Part shown: one piece after another, positions 20,665-32,348 of the stretch
Layout of the letters: the number at the start of each line of letters is the position of its first letter
Position numbering within the stretch: position 1 is the stretch's first letter
DNA from: a virus
Lineage: Duplodnaviria > Caudoviricetes
IMG/VR virus record: IMGVR_UViG_3300033463_000010
Location: 128,001 to 192,000 of that record
Length of the DNA: 64,000 nucleotides
Reading direction: 5' to 3' (one strand)
Made by a program: the position numbers and the translations under genes
The notes under the pieces: generated by a model
What the model saw: the letters and a program-made list of their open reading frames with translations, nothing else
Told to the model about the DNA's origin: nothing
The model's database searches: none

Positions 20665-21014
20665 AAAAAATTTTAATGAAAATACCGCTTGAACTCCGTG
20701 CGGGTGTTCTTCACCTGGAAGACTCCCCAACCGTATGTAGTTTCCCGAAGTATCTTGTTATCGTAGTCGTGATATTCCTTGTATCTGCGACGGTATTTGT
20801 CAAAGTATCGTTCCAGGGCGTGTTTGGAGTTTGCAGCACGTATTACCGCATTAGGTTCGGCACTGTCCCAAAAAAAAGCCGAAAAGCCGTTCACTTCTAC
20901 GGATTTCGTAAACGTCCCAGGTCCGCATTTTCTTACGAAGTCCCTTAAAGTAGTGCCTGCTATCATACGTGAACCACAGGGCTGCTCCCGTGATAATCGC
21001 CAGGATTGAAAGAA

Positions 21015-21882
21015 TTATGACTGCTGCGAGCCACATACGTCCTCCGAAAGTTTACGTCCGCATACGGGACAAAAGTTAATCGTGACTGACACTACTGAAT
21101 TGCCGTCCTTGTTGTCTATGACTGTTAAGAAGCAGTCGTGTTCGTCGTCAACGGAATGCGTGACAAATAGTTCATAGCGGTTGTCCCCGCCCAGGAACAA
21201 ATCCACCTTTGCCCTGTCTTCACGGTTACGGGCATCACCATTAAATTCTTCGCAAAACTTACACATCCTGGGACTTCTCACGTTCACGTAATTTAGCCGA
21301 TTCTTCCCATTCAACGTTGGGGTCAAACTTCGGGTAGTTTTCAATTTCTTCTTCGCTCACTTTCTGTTTGAACGTCAATCGGGCATACTGCCGACATACG
21401 GGGCAGTAGTCGTTTTGCCAATCCATAAGGCTGTCATAAGCGATTAGGGATTTGCATTTTCCGCATTTGTAGAGTCTGTTCCACAGCATTTCTTATACTC
21501 CCTTAAATCACGCCCGCACATCGGGCAAAAGTTAATCGTAGCACTTTCGTCGCCATAACACTCTATACGAAAACCCGTCGGGCTTTTATACAGGTGGAAG
21601 CGGTCGGTGCAGTCCCAAAAGTCTTCCCCGCTTATATCCCTGCCAATATCACCAATCAATTTTTCGCAATACTCACACGCCATTATTCGCCCCCGTGAGG
21701 TCCCTGCCACAGACGGGACAGAACTTGATTATGGCATAGATAGCACCCTGGTCCGCATTCAAGGAATACACCCCGTCTTTCGTGCGGTCAATGTAAATCC
21801 TGCTGCAAGACTGTTCCCCGCTTATATCCAGGTCCACGTTGTATTCGGGCAGCGGGTCGTTATGTTCACAATACTTACACAT
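21015..21882 (-). other. Tandem small Zn-ribbon genes (21015-21266, 21259-21489, 21444-21683, 21673-21882)
   Basis: Three carry CxxCE...(N/K)FCPxCGR; the fourth carries CxxC...CPxC. Confidence 0.7.
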
Positions 21883-22488
21883 TTGTTTTTACCTCGGTTT
21901 TATAGCACCATTTCCAGGAACCGCTAGACTTCACGTAACGGATTCGTCCCTTGTAAAAGAAATGGAACCCGTCTTTGTTTGCCCCGTCCTGGTTTCCATA
22001 GTTGCACATATACACAGTAGTTGACGAATCAATGAACCCGTCTTTCGGGGGAGCCACATAAATCCAAACGTCACATTTCGGGCGTTCTTCGTCAAATGTC
22101 TTCCAGGGTATAGTCACGGTTTCGGTAATCATTTCAAGCAGTCCCCATTTGCGTAGGGGTCCACGCATTCAATCGTGATTTCGTCTTGATAGTGCGTGAT
22201 TACGTCCACGATACGGAATACCCCGTGCGTCGTGTTGACATACACTTCTGCGTCCAGGTTTAGTGCGTGACTTAATTTATTTAGAAGTTCGTGTCCGTCC
22301 ATTTTTCTTTTCCTTTAAAGACCAGGCTATGAATGCGTCGCTACACGTTTCGTATTTCTGTTCCTTACGTTTGCCGTCTGCATAGCAGAACGACTTCGCA
22401 GGGCACGTCTTACAGTTTTCGTTCATTACGGATTCAATGAGCCTGCTAATGTTCTTTGCGTTTCTTACAAAGTGCTGCAAGTTGTTCA

Positions 22489-22836
22489 TTACTGCTCCCA
22501 GGTGATTACAAAGTATTTCTTACCAGGCTCCGCACCCCATTCGGGTCGTCCTGTATCAATGCGGATTTTCGGTTTCTTGAACACAAGCCGTCGGGACATA
22601 TCGTCTTTCTTCGGATAGCTCAAGGTGAACACAAGCGTGTCAAAGTCCTTTCGGATTTCAAAGTAAATGGACCCCGCAGGATTAAGCCACGGTTGGTTAG
22701 GGTTCTTTTCGTAGCACAGGCGACTATACCAAAATTCTTTCAGTTCCCTGTATTCTTCAAGTTTGACCCCGCTCTTAATAAGGTCAAACCATTCCTTTTT
22801 CAAGGACAACGTAAGTGTGGTGCTTCTTTTTCTCAC
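22489..22836 (-). CDS. ASCH-domain protein
   Basis: L.LKKEWFDLIKSGVKLEEYR signature. Confidence 0.75.
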   Translation of the reverse strand: MRKRSTTLTLSLKKEWFDLIKSGVKLEEYRELKEFWYSRLCYEKNPNQPWLNPAGSIYFEIRKDFDTLVFTLSYPKKDDMSRRLVFKKPKIRIDTGRPEWGAEPGKKYFVITWEQ

Positions 22837-25137
22837 AGTTCAATCCCCATAGAGGCTTCTAGTTCCTGGTCTTTCAAACGCTTGTATTTAGCAAGTGTCC
22901 GTAAATTGAAAATGCAGCCCTCTTCGTCTTTTCGCAACCTATCGTCGTCGGGGAAATCATTAAAGACTTCGCAGTATTCGTCTGCGTCTTCTAGCCCCAC
23001 TTCGTAGCGGTGATACGGACACTTGCTGCACTTCATACGCTACACCTTACGCAAGCATTCAGCGTCAAAGTAGCCACGGTAGCCCTGCAAGAACACAACT
23101 TCGTCCCCGCTGCAAGCCTGGAATGAATCGCCACGGCAGGACCACACCTTGCCCTTGTTGTTTTCCGCTTCCAGGCAGTCAACCATTTCTACCTGGTCGC
23201 CATCGTGAAATTTCGGGGTAAATTCTTTTTCGGTTTTCTTTGCCATTTTTGTTTTCCTTGTTGTTGGTTTAATACGTTCCCGAAATGCTAGTGATTTCTT
23301 GCATCGGGAAATCGTGTTGTTTCAAATAGTCACGGCAGCATTCACACAGTCTAACCGTGCGAAGTTCCTGGCGGTCCTGGATTTGGACTCGTTTGTGGTT
23401 GTCGCCTGTCCCACGTTTCCCGCACTTAAAGCATTCGTAGATAGGTTCGCCATTGGGTGCAGTTGCTACTACCATATTGATATTCCTTGTTAAGCCTTTA
23501 TATGAATTTTGTCGCTTCCGAATTGACGTGTGATACGGACGGGACGTAGTTCTTTTACCCAATATACGCACCCGCAATTACGGCACCAATATGCCCTGCT
23601 GCCGTCATATCCGCAGCCGACTACCTTACGCTCGCAGGAACTAGGACAGTCACAGGGCTGCTTCAATTCTGTAATCTTGTCCCAATCGGGGGCTTTACGC
23701 CAATCTTCGTCGCTTACCATAATTACACTCCAAATTTACCGCCAAAGAATGCCTTGAACGCTTCAAAATTTTTAGGGATTTCCCATTCCTTGTGCGGACG
23801 CTTCACCCTGTCTTCGGGCTGAATTTCACGACCGCATACAGGGCAGAAGTTAATCGGCATTTCAAGCGTTTCGTTCTCAAAGTAAACCCGCAGATTACCG
23901 TATTGGATATTAGCCCCGTGGCGAAGCAGTTTCTTGCCTACCAGGGTTATGGGGTTATACTTGCAATACATACAGGGTTCTTTATTCACGGGGGCACCTC
24001 ATTTAAGGTTCTTGAACGGGACCCATTGAACGTCAATACGGTTTCGCTCAAAAATTTGGTCCGTTAGATACACCAGGCACGGATAAGCCGTAGGATAGCC
24101 GAAAGCCATATCCCTGCAAGCCTTCTTCGTGTAGCCGTGCCCTACGGCATACAGGCTTTTGTCAAACCCGCTTTGCGTTTGGCAGTAGAACAGGTTCCCG
24201 AAGATACGGAAACAGTTGGGCTTCATTTTGTCGCCCGTGGGCTGTGCCCGCAGAAACGTTTGGCAGGACTGTGCCAGGGCTATGAGCATAAGGCTACGGG
24301 ACACGTCCTCGTTGCGGAACTTGAAAGCGGACTGCGTAAGGTCTAATCCCTGGTTGAACAGTCCGACCTTGCCGATGCCCTTGAACTTCTTACGGTCCAG
24401 GTAAATAATGTCACTTTTTGGAATTTCTTGCATTTTGGCGGTCCTCGTATTTCTTGTAAGCCTTTTCAATTCGGCTAACAGCGTCTTCCAGGGGAATGTT
24501 GCCCTTGACGCTATCACGACTAGCTTCTTCGGGAGTAAGGAAATCGGCCCCCATAAATTCGTAAAAACCTAGCTTATGCCCGTAGGAACCGTGGTGACAG
24601 ATTACGTCACCGTCGGACCACGGGAACGTAACAGCGTCACCGTGGTTATATACCTTGCCTAGCTTGAACGGGATATTCTTTTCTTTCAGCTTGTCCGTGA
24701 GCCGTGCGATATACGGGGCACCGTTGAAGTTCTCAACGTTGCCTACTATCGTCATAGCCATAAGGGATTCAAGCATATCCACATCGGCTTCGGTCATTTG
24801 TTCTTTTGCCATAAATACTCCATTATCTGCGGAAAGCATAGTTCAAGGGTTTGTTCAACGACCACATATTCAGCACGGGGTCATACGGGAACGCCACGCC
24901 AGGATTTGCCCTGCGGATGCTCTTGATACGTGCTGCGACCTGCACCTTATGAATGCAGTCAAAGAACACGAACTTGTAATCGCCATACGGTAAGGTCCAA
25001 TGCTTCGTGGAACCGCCACGCTTCTTCATACGCAAGTAGCTGTCGGCTGCTTCAAAGCCCAGGTCCTTGTAGAACTGCGGAACGGTATCATAACCTTTGG
25101 CGGTGAGCCATTTTGGAATACGGGCGGTTTTGGGCAT
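22833..25137 (-). other. Block of about eight small hypothetical CDSs, several Cys-rich
   Basis: Abutting minus-strand ORFs behind the promoter at 25138-25217. Confidence 0.55.
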
Positions 25138-25217
25138 TGAGCTATCCTCGGTTAAAGTGGTTGTTTCTTTACACCCTAAATATAACAATTTACCTAGTCC
25201 CTGTCAATAGGTAAACT
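25138..25217 (-). promoter_or_regulatory. Class I promoter/operator cassette
   Basis: TTGACA 25202-25207, TATATT 25179-25184, TTTACCTA..TAGGTAAA dyad. Confidence 0.88.
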
Positions 25218-25232
25218 GAAAAATTTTAAAAA

Positions 25233-25270
25233 TAAAAATGCCCCGCAGGTCGTGAAATCCTGCGGGGCAC
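25233..25270 (-). terminator. Intrinsic terminator
   Basis: TGCCCCGCAGG-loop-CCTGCGGGGCA followed by a T-run. Confidence 0.85.
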
Positions 25271-25287
25271 CCAACCACCCCTAGCGG

Positions 25288-26079
25288 TTACTTTTCACCC
25301 AAAAGTTCACGGGGAATCCACTTGCCCGTTCGGGCACGGTGGATATAGTTTTCGGCTTTCTGCAAGTCAATTTCCACGCTGTCCTTGCGACCCACACGAA
25401 GGATATACTTCAAAGCAGACGCACACAGGAACTTTTGCGTAAGCGTCAACTTGCAATCCATTTCCATAAAGTTTTCCAGGATAGCAATAGACTCAATGCC
25501 TAGCTTTTCTAGTCCCTTATAGTGCGAGGGGTCCGTGGCTTTCTTGACCTGCTCAACGGCTTCATTCGGTTCACTCATTTTTTCGTTCCTTTGGTTAATA
25601 ATGGTTTCACAATTATAGTACTTTCCTAGCTCCGTGAATACTAGGGCTTTCAACCGCTGCACGGTTTTATCCGTAAGAATGTCGTCTAGTTCGTTGAGCG
25701 TTAGGCGGTGCTTGACGGGTTCGGTGTGTTCTACGTCTGCCGTCCACGACTTGCCCAATTCAACCATAGCACGGTCCGTGTAGCTAAATTCTAGTGTAAT
25801 CTTATGCGGGTCCTTTTCACGGGGACCCCCCAACACATTCAAGGTGTCCGTCCTGTAAAGCGTTATCTTGAACGGGTTAATTAAAAGACCGTCATTCTCA
25901 AACACGCAGAGCCAATTCACGTCAAGGTCCTGCGTATGGTATGAAACTACGTCCTGGACGTATTTGGAATGCTCCAACACGTCCTGCAAATTGAACAGGC
26001 GTATGTTTGGATTTTCCAGGTATGTCTGTATAAACGATTTAGCCATTACTGCGGTTCCCCTGCGTGGCTTGTCTGCCAC
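25288..26079 (-). CDS. Protein with C-terminal DUF3310-like domain
   Basis: DPSHY...IESI...ALKYILRVGRKD...DLQKAENYI; a possible internal start at MSEPNE. Confidence 0.7.
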   Translation of the reverse strand: MADKPRRGTAVMAKSFIQTYLENPNIRLFNLQDVLEHSKYVQDVVSYHTQDLDVNWLCVFENDGLLINPFKITLYRTDTLNVLGGPREKDPHKITLEFSYTDRAMVELGKSWTADVEHTEPVKHRLTLNELDDILTDKTVQRLKALVFTELGKYYNCETIINQRNEKMSEPNEAVEQVKKATDPSHYKGLEKLGIESIAILENFMEMDCKLTLTQKFLCASALKYILRVGRKDSVEIDLQKAENYIHRARTGKWIPRELLGEK

Positions 26080-26480
26080 GATATATGGATTAGTTCGTCC
26101 TTGTGGTGCGTGTCGGGAACGATACGGAACCCACGGCTACGAAGCGAATCCTTGACGGCATTACGGTATTTCTTTGCGTCCACATACTTGAAGTAGGTGT
26201 TTTCAAAAGCCGAGGTGTCAACCGTCACTTCACATTTACGGTCTTTCGCAGCATCGTCTATGAGAGCTAGGACCTGGTAAAGCATTTTGTTGGCGTGTTC
26301 ACGGACTTTCTTGTGCATAACTTTCTGTGCGGTCTTCGTCACTAATTGTGCTTCGGCACAGGTGTAATTCTTGATACGGTCCCGTTTCCGCTTATAGTAT
26401 ATAACCCCCAGGACAATGCCTACGGCTATAAGCAACAATACGGACGTTACCGCAATCAAGAATACAGGTGACGCACACAT
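26046..26480 (-). CDS. Membrane-anchored hypothetical protein
   Basis: N-terminal TM helix followed by a basic patch. Confidence 0.6.
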   Translation of the reverse strand: MCASPVFLIAVTSVLLLIAVGIVLGVIYYKRKRDRIKNYTCAEAQLVTKTAQKVMHKKVREHANKMLYQVLALIDDAAKDRKCEVTVDTSAFENTYFKYVDAKKYRNAVKDSLRSRGFRIVPDTHHKDELIHISWQTSHAGEPQ

Positions 26481-26482
26481 AG

Positions 26483-27340
26483 CTAGGTCTTGTCCTTGAC
26501 AACGTAATCGTCAATGATTACGGGGTGAACATACACTGTGGAATTGGAGCTACCTTCAAACGTGATAACCTGGTAGCCAGGAATAGGAATAGCTACGCAG
26601 TCCTTTGAATACGGGTCAATTTGACACTGAATGCCAGGGCATACGTGCATATTGACATCTACCCCGTCAAGCCTGCTGTTAATGGTCGTAGCGTTCACAG
26701 TGGCTAAATGGTGGAAATGCCCACAGAAGTATTCAAAAGTGTAGGGTGCTATCAAGTCGCCCACTTCTGCGGGAAGCAGGTTATCCTTCATAAAGCGGTG
26801 ATACAGGCGGGAATTTTGGAACGGCTTGTGCGTGAACAGCAGCGTGTCTGCCGTGTTCCACTTGTTTTCCAATACGTGAGCAGCAAGTTTGGTAATGCCC
26901 TTGTAAGGGTCCACCGTTCCCGAATCCAGGACAACAAGCGTCTTGCTGCCAACAGTAGCAAACAAGCACTGACCGCCAACGTCCTTGAAACCGTCGGTCT
27001 GCTTTAAGCCCCACTGCAAACAGGGAAGAACTTTGCCTGCTACTTCTGTAAGGATTGCACGGTTGTCGTGATTCCCAGGCGTGACAAGCAGCGGGGACTT
27101 TTCGTCCTTGCGAAGTTCAAGTGCGTCCTTGAAGACCTTTTCGTAACGTTCACGCTTTACGTCGTCGGAAACTTTCGGGTCGTCGTCAACAATGTCGCCC
27201 GTAATCACGATAGCGTCGTAACCCGTAGGCAGTGTCTTTTGGGCACTGCGAACAACTGCGTCCCATTGGTCAGCAGTATCAAATTTGCCGTCGTAATCCG
27301 CACCGTAATGAATGTCGGATAGCTGCAAAATGTTATACAT
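26483..27340 (-). CDS. Calcineurin-like metallophosphoesterase (CpdA/Icc-like)
   Basis: LSDIH, TGDIVD, PGNHD, H and GHFH metal-binding motifs. Confidence 0.85.
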   Translation of the reverse strand: MYNILQLSDIHYGADYDGKFDTADQWDAVVRSAQKTLPTGYDAIVITGDIVDDDPKVSDDVKRERYEKVFKDALELRKDEKSPLLVTPGNHDNRAILTEVAGKVLPCLQWGLKQTDGFKDVGGQCLFATVGSKTLVVLDSGTVDPYKGITKLAAHVLENKWNTADTLLFTHKPFQNSRLYHRFMKDNLLPAEVGDLIAPYTFEYFCGHFHHLATVNATTINSRLDGVDVNMHVCPGIQCQIDPYSKDCVAIPIPGYQVITFEGSSNSTVYVHPVIIDDYVVKDKT

Positions 27341-29799
27341 TTAATCCTCGGTTGTTAAATGGTTATCCACCCATTCGGAGCCTAACAGGACGGCAATAGC
27401 GTAGTAAATGCCTTCTTCGTAGCCTGCACCAAATGAGCGTTCGTCCAACGTGGGGTCCTTTGCGGACGCTATACGGAACGCACTAGAACCCTCACGGATA
27501 GTCTTGTAGTTCTTTACGGAGTTGAGCAGTCCCGTAACTTCTGCGTCCGTGACCTGCATTACTTCTTTGCCTTTTTCGGGGCAGCAGCCTTGACGGTCTT
27601 GTAGGTGCCGTTACTCCAAACGAACTTGTCACCGTAATCCGTCACGATTGTAAAGTTCTTGACATTAGACAACGGCTTGTTATCCACGCCCAGGACGTTC
27701 GGTTCCTTACGGACAATATCAAAGCAGAAGCCGAACATACTTTCACCGATTTCTGCGATTGTCTTTGTGTTAATGTCAAAGTCAAGGGCTACGGTCTTCG
27801 GATAGATTTTGAACTTCACGAAGCACCTTACGGACTTCTTACCCACGACAAGCGTATAGGGGATATGGAGCATCACTGCGTCTTCAGTGCGTTCCTTGAT
27901 TGTGGCGTTGGTATAAAGAGCCAGGGCGTGAACACACAGGTTGCCTACTTCGCTAGAAGCAGCCTTTTTAGCACGGGGCTTCTTCGGGGTGGCAGTCTTT
28001 GTTTCAGTCTTGGGGGCAATCTTTTTAGCCATAGGTTTTCCTTTGTTAAATAGTTTTCTAATACATATATAGTCGCTTAACGTCATAATTTGCGAGCGGG
28101 TATGCTATCCGAGGATAACGCCCAGGCGACTACACCATCCAGGCGGGTCCCGTCGGGTCGTGCCCAGGTCTTGTTCCTGCGGTTGTAAATACCCTCTTCA
28201 ACAAATCCGTCGGCACTTTTTGTTAGGACTTTTAGAACTTCTTTATTGGGTGTTCCCCAGGCAACGGGGACCCACTTAATCTTCATATTGGTTTCTTCTT
28301 GCATTTATACTCACTTGTTTACTAAAATGCCCGTGGGGGCGACTCGGTAAGTCACGGGTGTTTAGGTGTTTGAGAATAGTGCGGTCGTCGCACTTGCCCC
28401 CGTAAGGCTAATATCTAATCGTTGTATCGCTTTTGGAAAGCCTGCAACAATTCCTTTGTTTCCATAAGTTCCGATTTCAACGCTTTGTTTTCTTCCTGGA
28501 AGCGTTCAACTTGGGACCCGCAATCCGTATGAGGCTTTCGCTGCAAGTCCCACAGGTTCTTTTCAAGGTCCGTAATCTTTTCTTTCATTCGCAGAATGCA
28601 AGCGTCTTTTGTGTCCGCAGCGTCCTGCAACTTCTTGATAGTTTCGTCCTTTGATTTAAGAACTTCGTCAACGTCGTCCTTTGCGTAGCAGAAGATAGCC
28701 CCGTCGCACGGGTTAAGCATTTTCTTCTGTGGGATAGCACAGATAAGTTTGAGTTCGGTCATAGCGGGTTCCTTTAATGTTTGCGGACAAGCACCAGGCG
28801 AAGCATAATTTCGGAATCAATCGGCTGCTCAATACAGGGCTTGCTGTTTTCCAGGGTTGCACCTAGACCGCCACGCAATCCAAGCAATCCGAGGGTCCCG
28901 TCGTCTTTCATTCCCCAGGTTCCCAAGAGCGATTCGCTCAACGGGTTATCCTGGCTAATGTCTTGGAGCATAGCGGGTCGCCACTGCGTTCGGAACTTCT
29001 TAATCACACGTTCGGCAGCGGACCTGGTGTAGTAGGCGTGACCCGTTTGGAGCGAATAATCAATCCCAGGCATATCATCGTCATAAAGGGTTTCCTGGTA
29101 TTTCGGTCCGTCAATCTTCGGATAGATATACGCTTTCAAAAGGGACTGCAAAGAACGGCAGGCATAGTCAATGGCTCCCGTAATCTTGCGGAGTTTGTTA
29201 TCGTCAATGCCTGCGATATTTGTGGCTGCGTCGGTAATGTCCTTGTTGGTCTTACGCAGCGAATGAGAAATCTGTTTAAGTCTGCAAATGTTTTCCATTA
29301 AATGCCTCTATTGTAGTGAATTGTATATAAGGTTCCACACCATATTAACCACTTCTTGTTCTTCTAGGTAATCTTGCTTGGAGGTTCAACATTCGTTCCT
29401 GCCAACTAATCAACGCATTCTTTTTTTTGCAGAATGTCATCCACGTCTTTCGCTAGATAGGCACGATGCTCAATACCATTTATTTTTATCGGATATGATT
29501 TCAAAGTGTCGGTTAATTTACTCATTTTAATCCTACCATCGTAGCATATTGATAAAGAAGATAAAACGGGGTCCTCTTGATTTGTCGCCATAGCGTCTAA
29601 ATTTTTCTGCACGGTAGGTTTCACCCCCGCTAGGCAAATACTTAAAATCACGCATAAACTTGGAAAGTTCGTGTGCATATTCTTTCAACAATGCCTGTCT
29701 TTTCAATAAGTTATCCGTGCGACGTATAACCTTTGAACGGAAGGCTAATTTTTCAAGACCATCAAAATAACCTTTAACATATTTTTCAAACTCATTCAT
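27341..29799 (-). other. Block of about seven hypothetical CDSs
   Basis: 27341-27559, 27559-28032, 28083-28304, 28415-28762, 28774-29298, 29533-29799 and others. Confidence 0.55.
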
Positions 29800-29894
29800 T
29801 TAGGACCTCATATAAACAGACTTGATTGGGCATTGTATATAATCCCATATTATAGATATAGTCGGTTAGCGTAAACAGCCGTTCATATCACGGG

Positions 29895-31133
29895 CTACCC
29901 ACACTTTAATGTTGTGCAGGTTTCCTGCTTCATAGAACCACTACTTTTTAGGTCTATCACTAGACGGTCATCCATAGGCGGGTTCTCCCCAGGCTTACTT
30001 TCGGGTGGAACGCACCCTACGTCTAAAAGTCTTAATCCTTCATCAAGTATGTTCCTGGCTGCGTTTATATCCCTGTCGTGATGAACTCTACATTTAGGGC
30101 ATACCCACTCACGAACATTTAGTGCCATTGATGACATTACGTGTCCGCAATGGTTACAACGCTTGCTAGTAGGACTCCACCTATCCACTACAATAAGTTT
30201 TCGTCCATACCAACCGCACTTGTATGACAGCATAAACCGTATCATTGAGAACGAACAGTCCGATACGGACTTGGCTAGGCTATGGTTCTTGAGCATACCT
30301 CTAACGTTCAAGTCCTCTATGCAGATTATGTCGTTCTCCCTAACTAGCCTTGTTGTCAATTTATGAAGGTAGTCTTTTCTTCTGTTGCCTAGTTTTTCAT
30401 AGGCGGTAGCAAGTTTAAGCCGTGCTTTCTCACGATTCTTGCTGCCTTTAGATTTCTTTGAAAGAACTTTCTGTAAATGCTTTATACGCTTTTCGGAGTT
30501 CTTCAATAAGTGCTTGTTTTCAAACTTTTCACCACTTGAAGTGATGATTAAATCCTTAACACCCAAGTCAAGTCCTACGCAACTACCTGTATGTTCGTAT
30601 TCTTGAACTTCTACATCGCAGCATACAGACACAAAATACTTATTTGTGTTCGTCCGCTTAATAGTTAAGTTGCGGATTTTCTTGATTTTAGACAAATCCA
30701 GGTTCTTGTAATTTCTAAACCTAACCCACTTGATTACAGGTATGAATATCTTGCTGTCCTTGAACAGTCTATCGGGTGTATTAGGCATTGAAGTGTTATG
30801 ATACTTACCTGCGTGAGTCTTTTTCTTGAATTTAGGAAAGCCTATATCCCCACCCTTCTTCAAGGATTTATACCAATTCTTGAACGCCCGTTCTAGTTCT
30901 ATTTTAGCATAGTTTAGGCATTGGCTATCTACTTCTTTCATCCAAGGGTAGAAGTCTTTGAGCGAACTCCAATTCGGACTGAAATTCTTAACCCCATAAT
31001 CACGATACAAGGTAATCTTCGTATTTAACATAGCATTATAGGCTACACGTTCAGCACCGATGCACTTATTAAAGAACACCGCTTGTGCTTTCGTAGGGTT
31101 TAGTCTTAACTCTATGCCTTTTGTAACTACCAT
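29895..31133 (-). mobile_element. tnpB: TnpB RNA-guided endonuclease (IS200/IS605-family derived), no tnpA nearby
   Basis: N-terminal HTH (LRLNPTKAQ), RuvC D (GLDLG), E (IEDL), CxxC..CxxC, D (HDRDINAARN); AT-richer than the replication genes; the 3' end likely overlaps the omega RNA. Confidence 0.92.
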
Positions 31134-31225
31134 AAAACAAAAATCCTGTCGCTAATTACGGTAACGACAGGATAACACCCTTGCGGGTATTTTTGAAACT
31201 CAACTGTATTGTCGGAACCGTAATT
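31134..31225 (-). promoter_or_regulatory. tnpB leader with terminator and alternative pairing
   Basis: TCCTGTCGTT-ACCGTAATT-AGCGACAGGA-TTTTTGTTTT directly before the ATG; upstream AATTACGGTTCCGACA complements its 5' arm and loop. Confidence 0.65.
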
Positions 31226-31296
31226 TCCTGCCATAAATATACATAAACCTTTCAAGAAATACAAGTAGATTTTAATAAACTTTTATGCACCATAGT

Positions 31297-32253
31297 CTAG
31301 TAAGCGAACGTGTGTAAAAGGTATTTGGACAGGTCTTCGTTTTCGGCAACATTCTCTTTATGCAGAATGCCCTTTTTACACAGGACCCGATAGGTGTTGA
31401 ACGACAGGCTGTGGCGTTCTTCAAAAAGCCTGCTTGCCTTTTCAAAACTGCTTTCGCCCCTGTGGACCTTGTTCTTACGCAGGGACGGGTTGTTAATCAC
31501 CGTGGGCAGCTTGCCGTCCACGTAGTTTTTGAACATTCCACGCAGACCCCTCCAGGCGTTTTCTACACGGGAGCGGGACCAACCCTTTTCCTTGTAGAAC
31601 TTGTTATAGATATGGGACTCTGTGAGAATGCCACGGGACCGCTGCCGTGCAAGCGACAAGTGCTTCACAGGCTCACGGTCAAGCCTGCCCTCGCAGAAAT
31701 CCTTGAATATCTGCAAGGCATCGCCACGCAGGGCACGGATATACGGGAGCATAGCTTTCGGGTAGTCGTGACCTTCTTCGGTCCCGTCGGAAAGTTTCTT
31801 GCTGTAATCTTCCAGGATATACCCGCAGGTCACGTCGGAAATGTCAATCGGGTCGTCGTCGGGTTGACGCTCCGTAGATTCGGAAATATCCCGCATTGTT
31901 TGAATAGGCGTGAGGGCGTTGTCGTCGGAACACGCAGGATTGATAGCCTTTCTAGCCCACGCTTTGCTTTTCTTTGCAGCGGGCTTCTTGACCTTTTCAA
32001 TCTTAATAAGGCACGGACCCCTTGTCGCCTTTTTCACCAGGGCAGAAACGTCTTGCAGCTTGTTACGAAGCCAGGTTTCAAACGTAGCCTTGCTAGGGTG
32101 GTCGGGGTCGTAGGTCACGCAGGCTTGACAGAAAAGTAGCTGTGCTTGCAGCAGCAAGTCGTCAGCCAGGTCGGGGCATTGGTAGGCGTATTTGTCAACA
32201 ACGCTAGAAATTACCCCTGCATATTTGTAATACAGTTCTTCGGTCGGTTTCAA
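31297..32253 (-). CDS. Phage sigma70-like factor
   Basis: Region-2-like ELYYKY...DDLLLQAQLLF..A...YDP....TFETWL; C-terminal HTH-like GWSRSRVEN; variant class I promoter (TTGCCA 32324-32329, TATATT 32301-32306). Confidence 0.65.
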   Translation of the reverse strand: MKPTEELYYKYAGVISSVVDKYAYQCPDLADDLLLQAQLLFCQACVTYDPDHPSKATFETWLRNKLQDVSALVKKATRGPCLIKIEKVKKPAAKKSKAWARKAINPACSDDNALTPIQTMRDISESTERQPDDDPIDISDVTCGYILEDYSKKLSDGTEEGHDYPKAMLPYIRALRGDALQIFKDFCEGRLDREPVKHLSLARQRSRGILTESHIYNKFYKEKGWSRSRVENAWRGLRGMFKNYVDGKLPTVINNPSLRKNKVHRGESSFEKASRLFEERHSLSFNTYRVLCKKGILHKENVAENEDLSKYLLHTFAY

Positions 32254-32348
32254 GGGTCGGGGTTCCTCGGTTTAACAGGTTCGGTTTGGGTTGTAGCCTA
32301 AATATAACAAATTACCAACATAATGGCAACAGTTTCGTGGCATAAAAA

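Noticed and set aside
28325-28410. Hairpins CCCGTG/CACGGG and GTGCG/CGCAC as an ncRNA
   Set aside because: Short stems with no promoter or terminator support
29884-29893. TnpB guide match (CCGTGATATG) to 10242-10251
   Set aside because: Only 10 nt, plausible by chance, and the guide boundary is unknown
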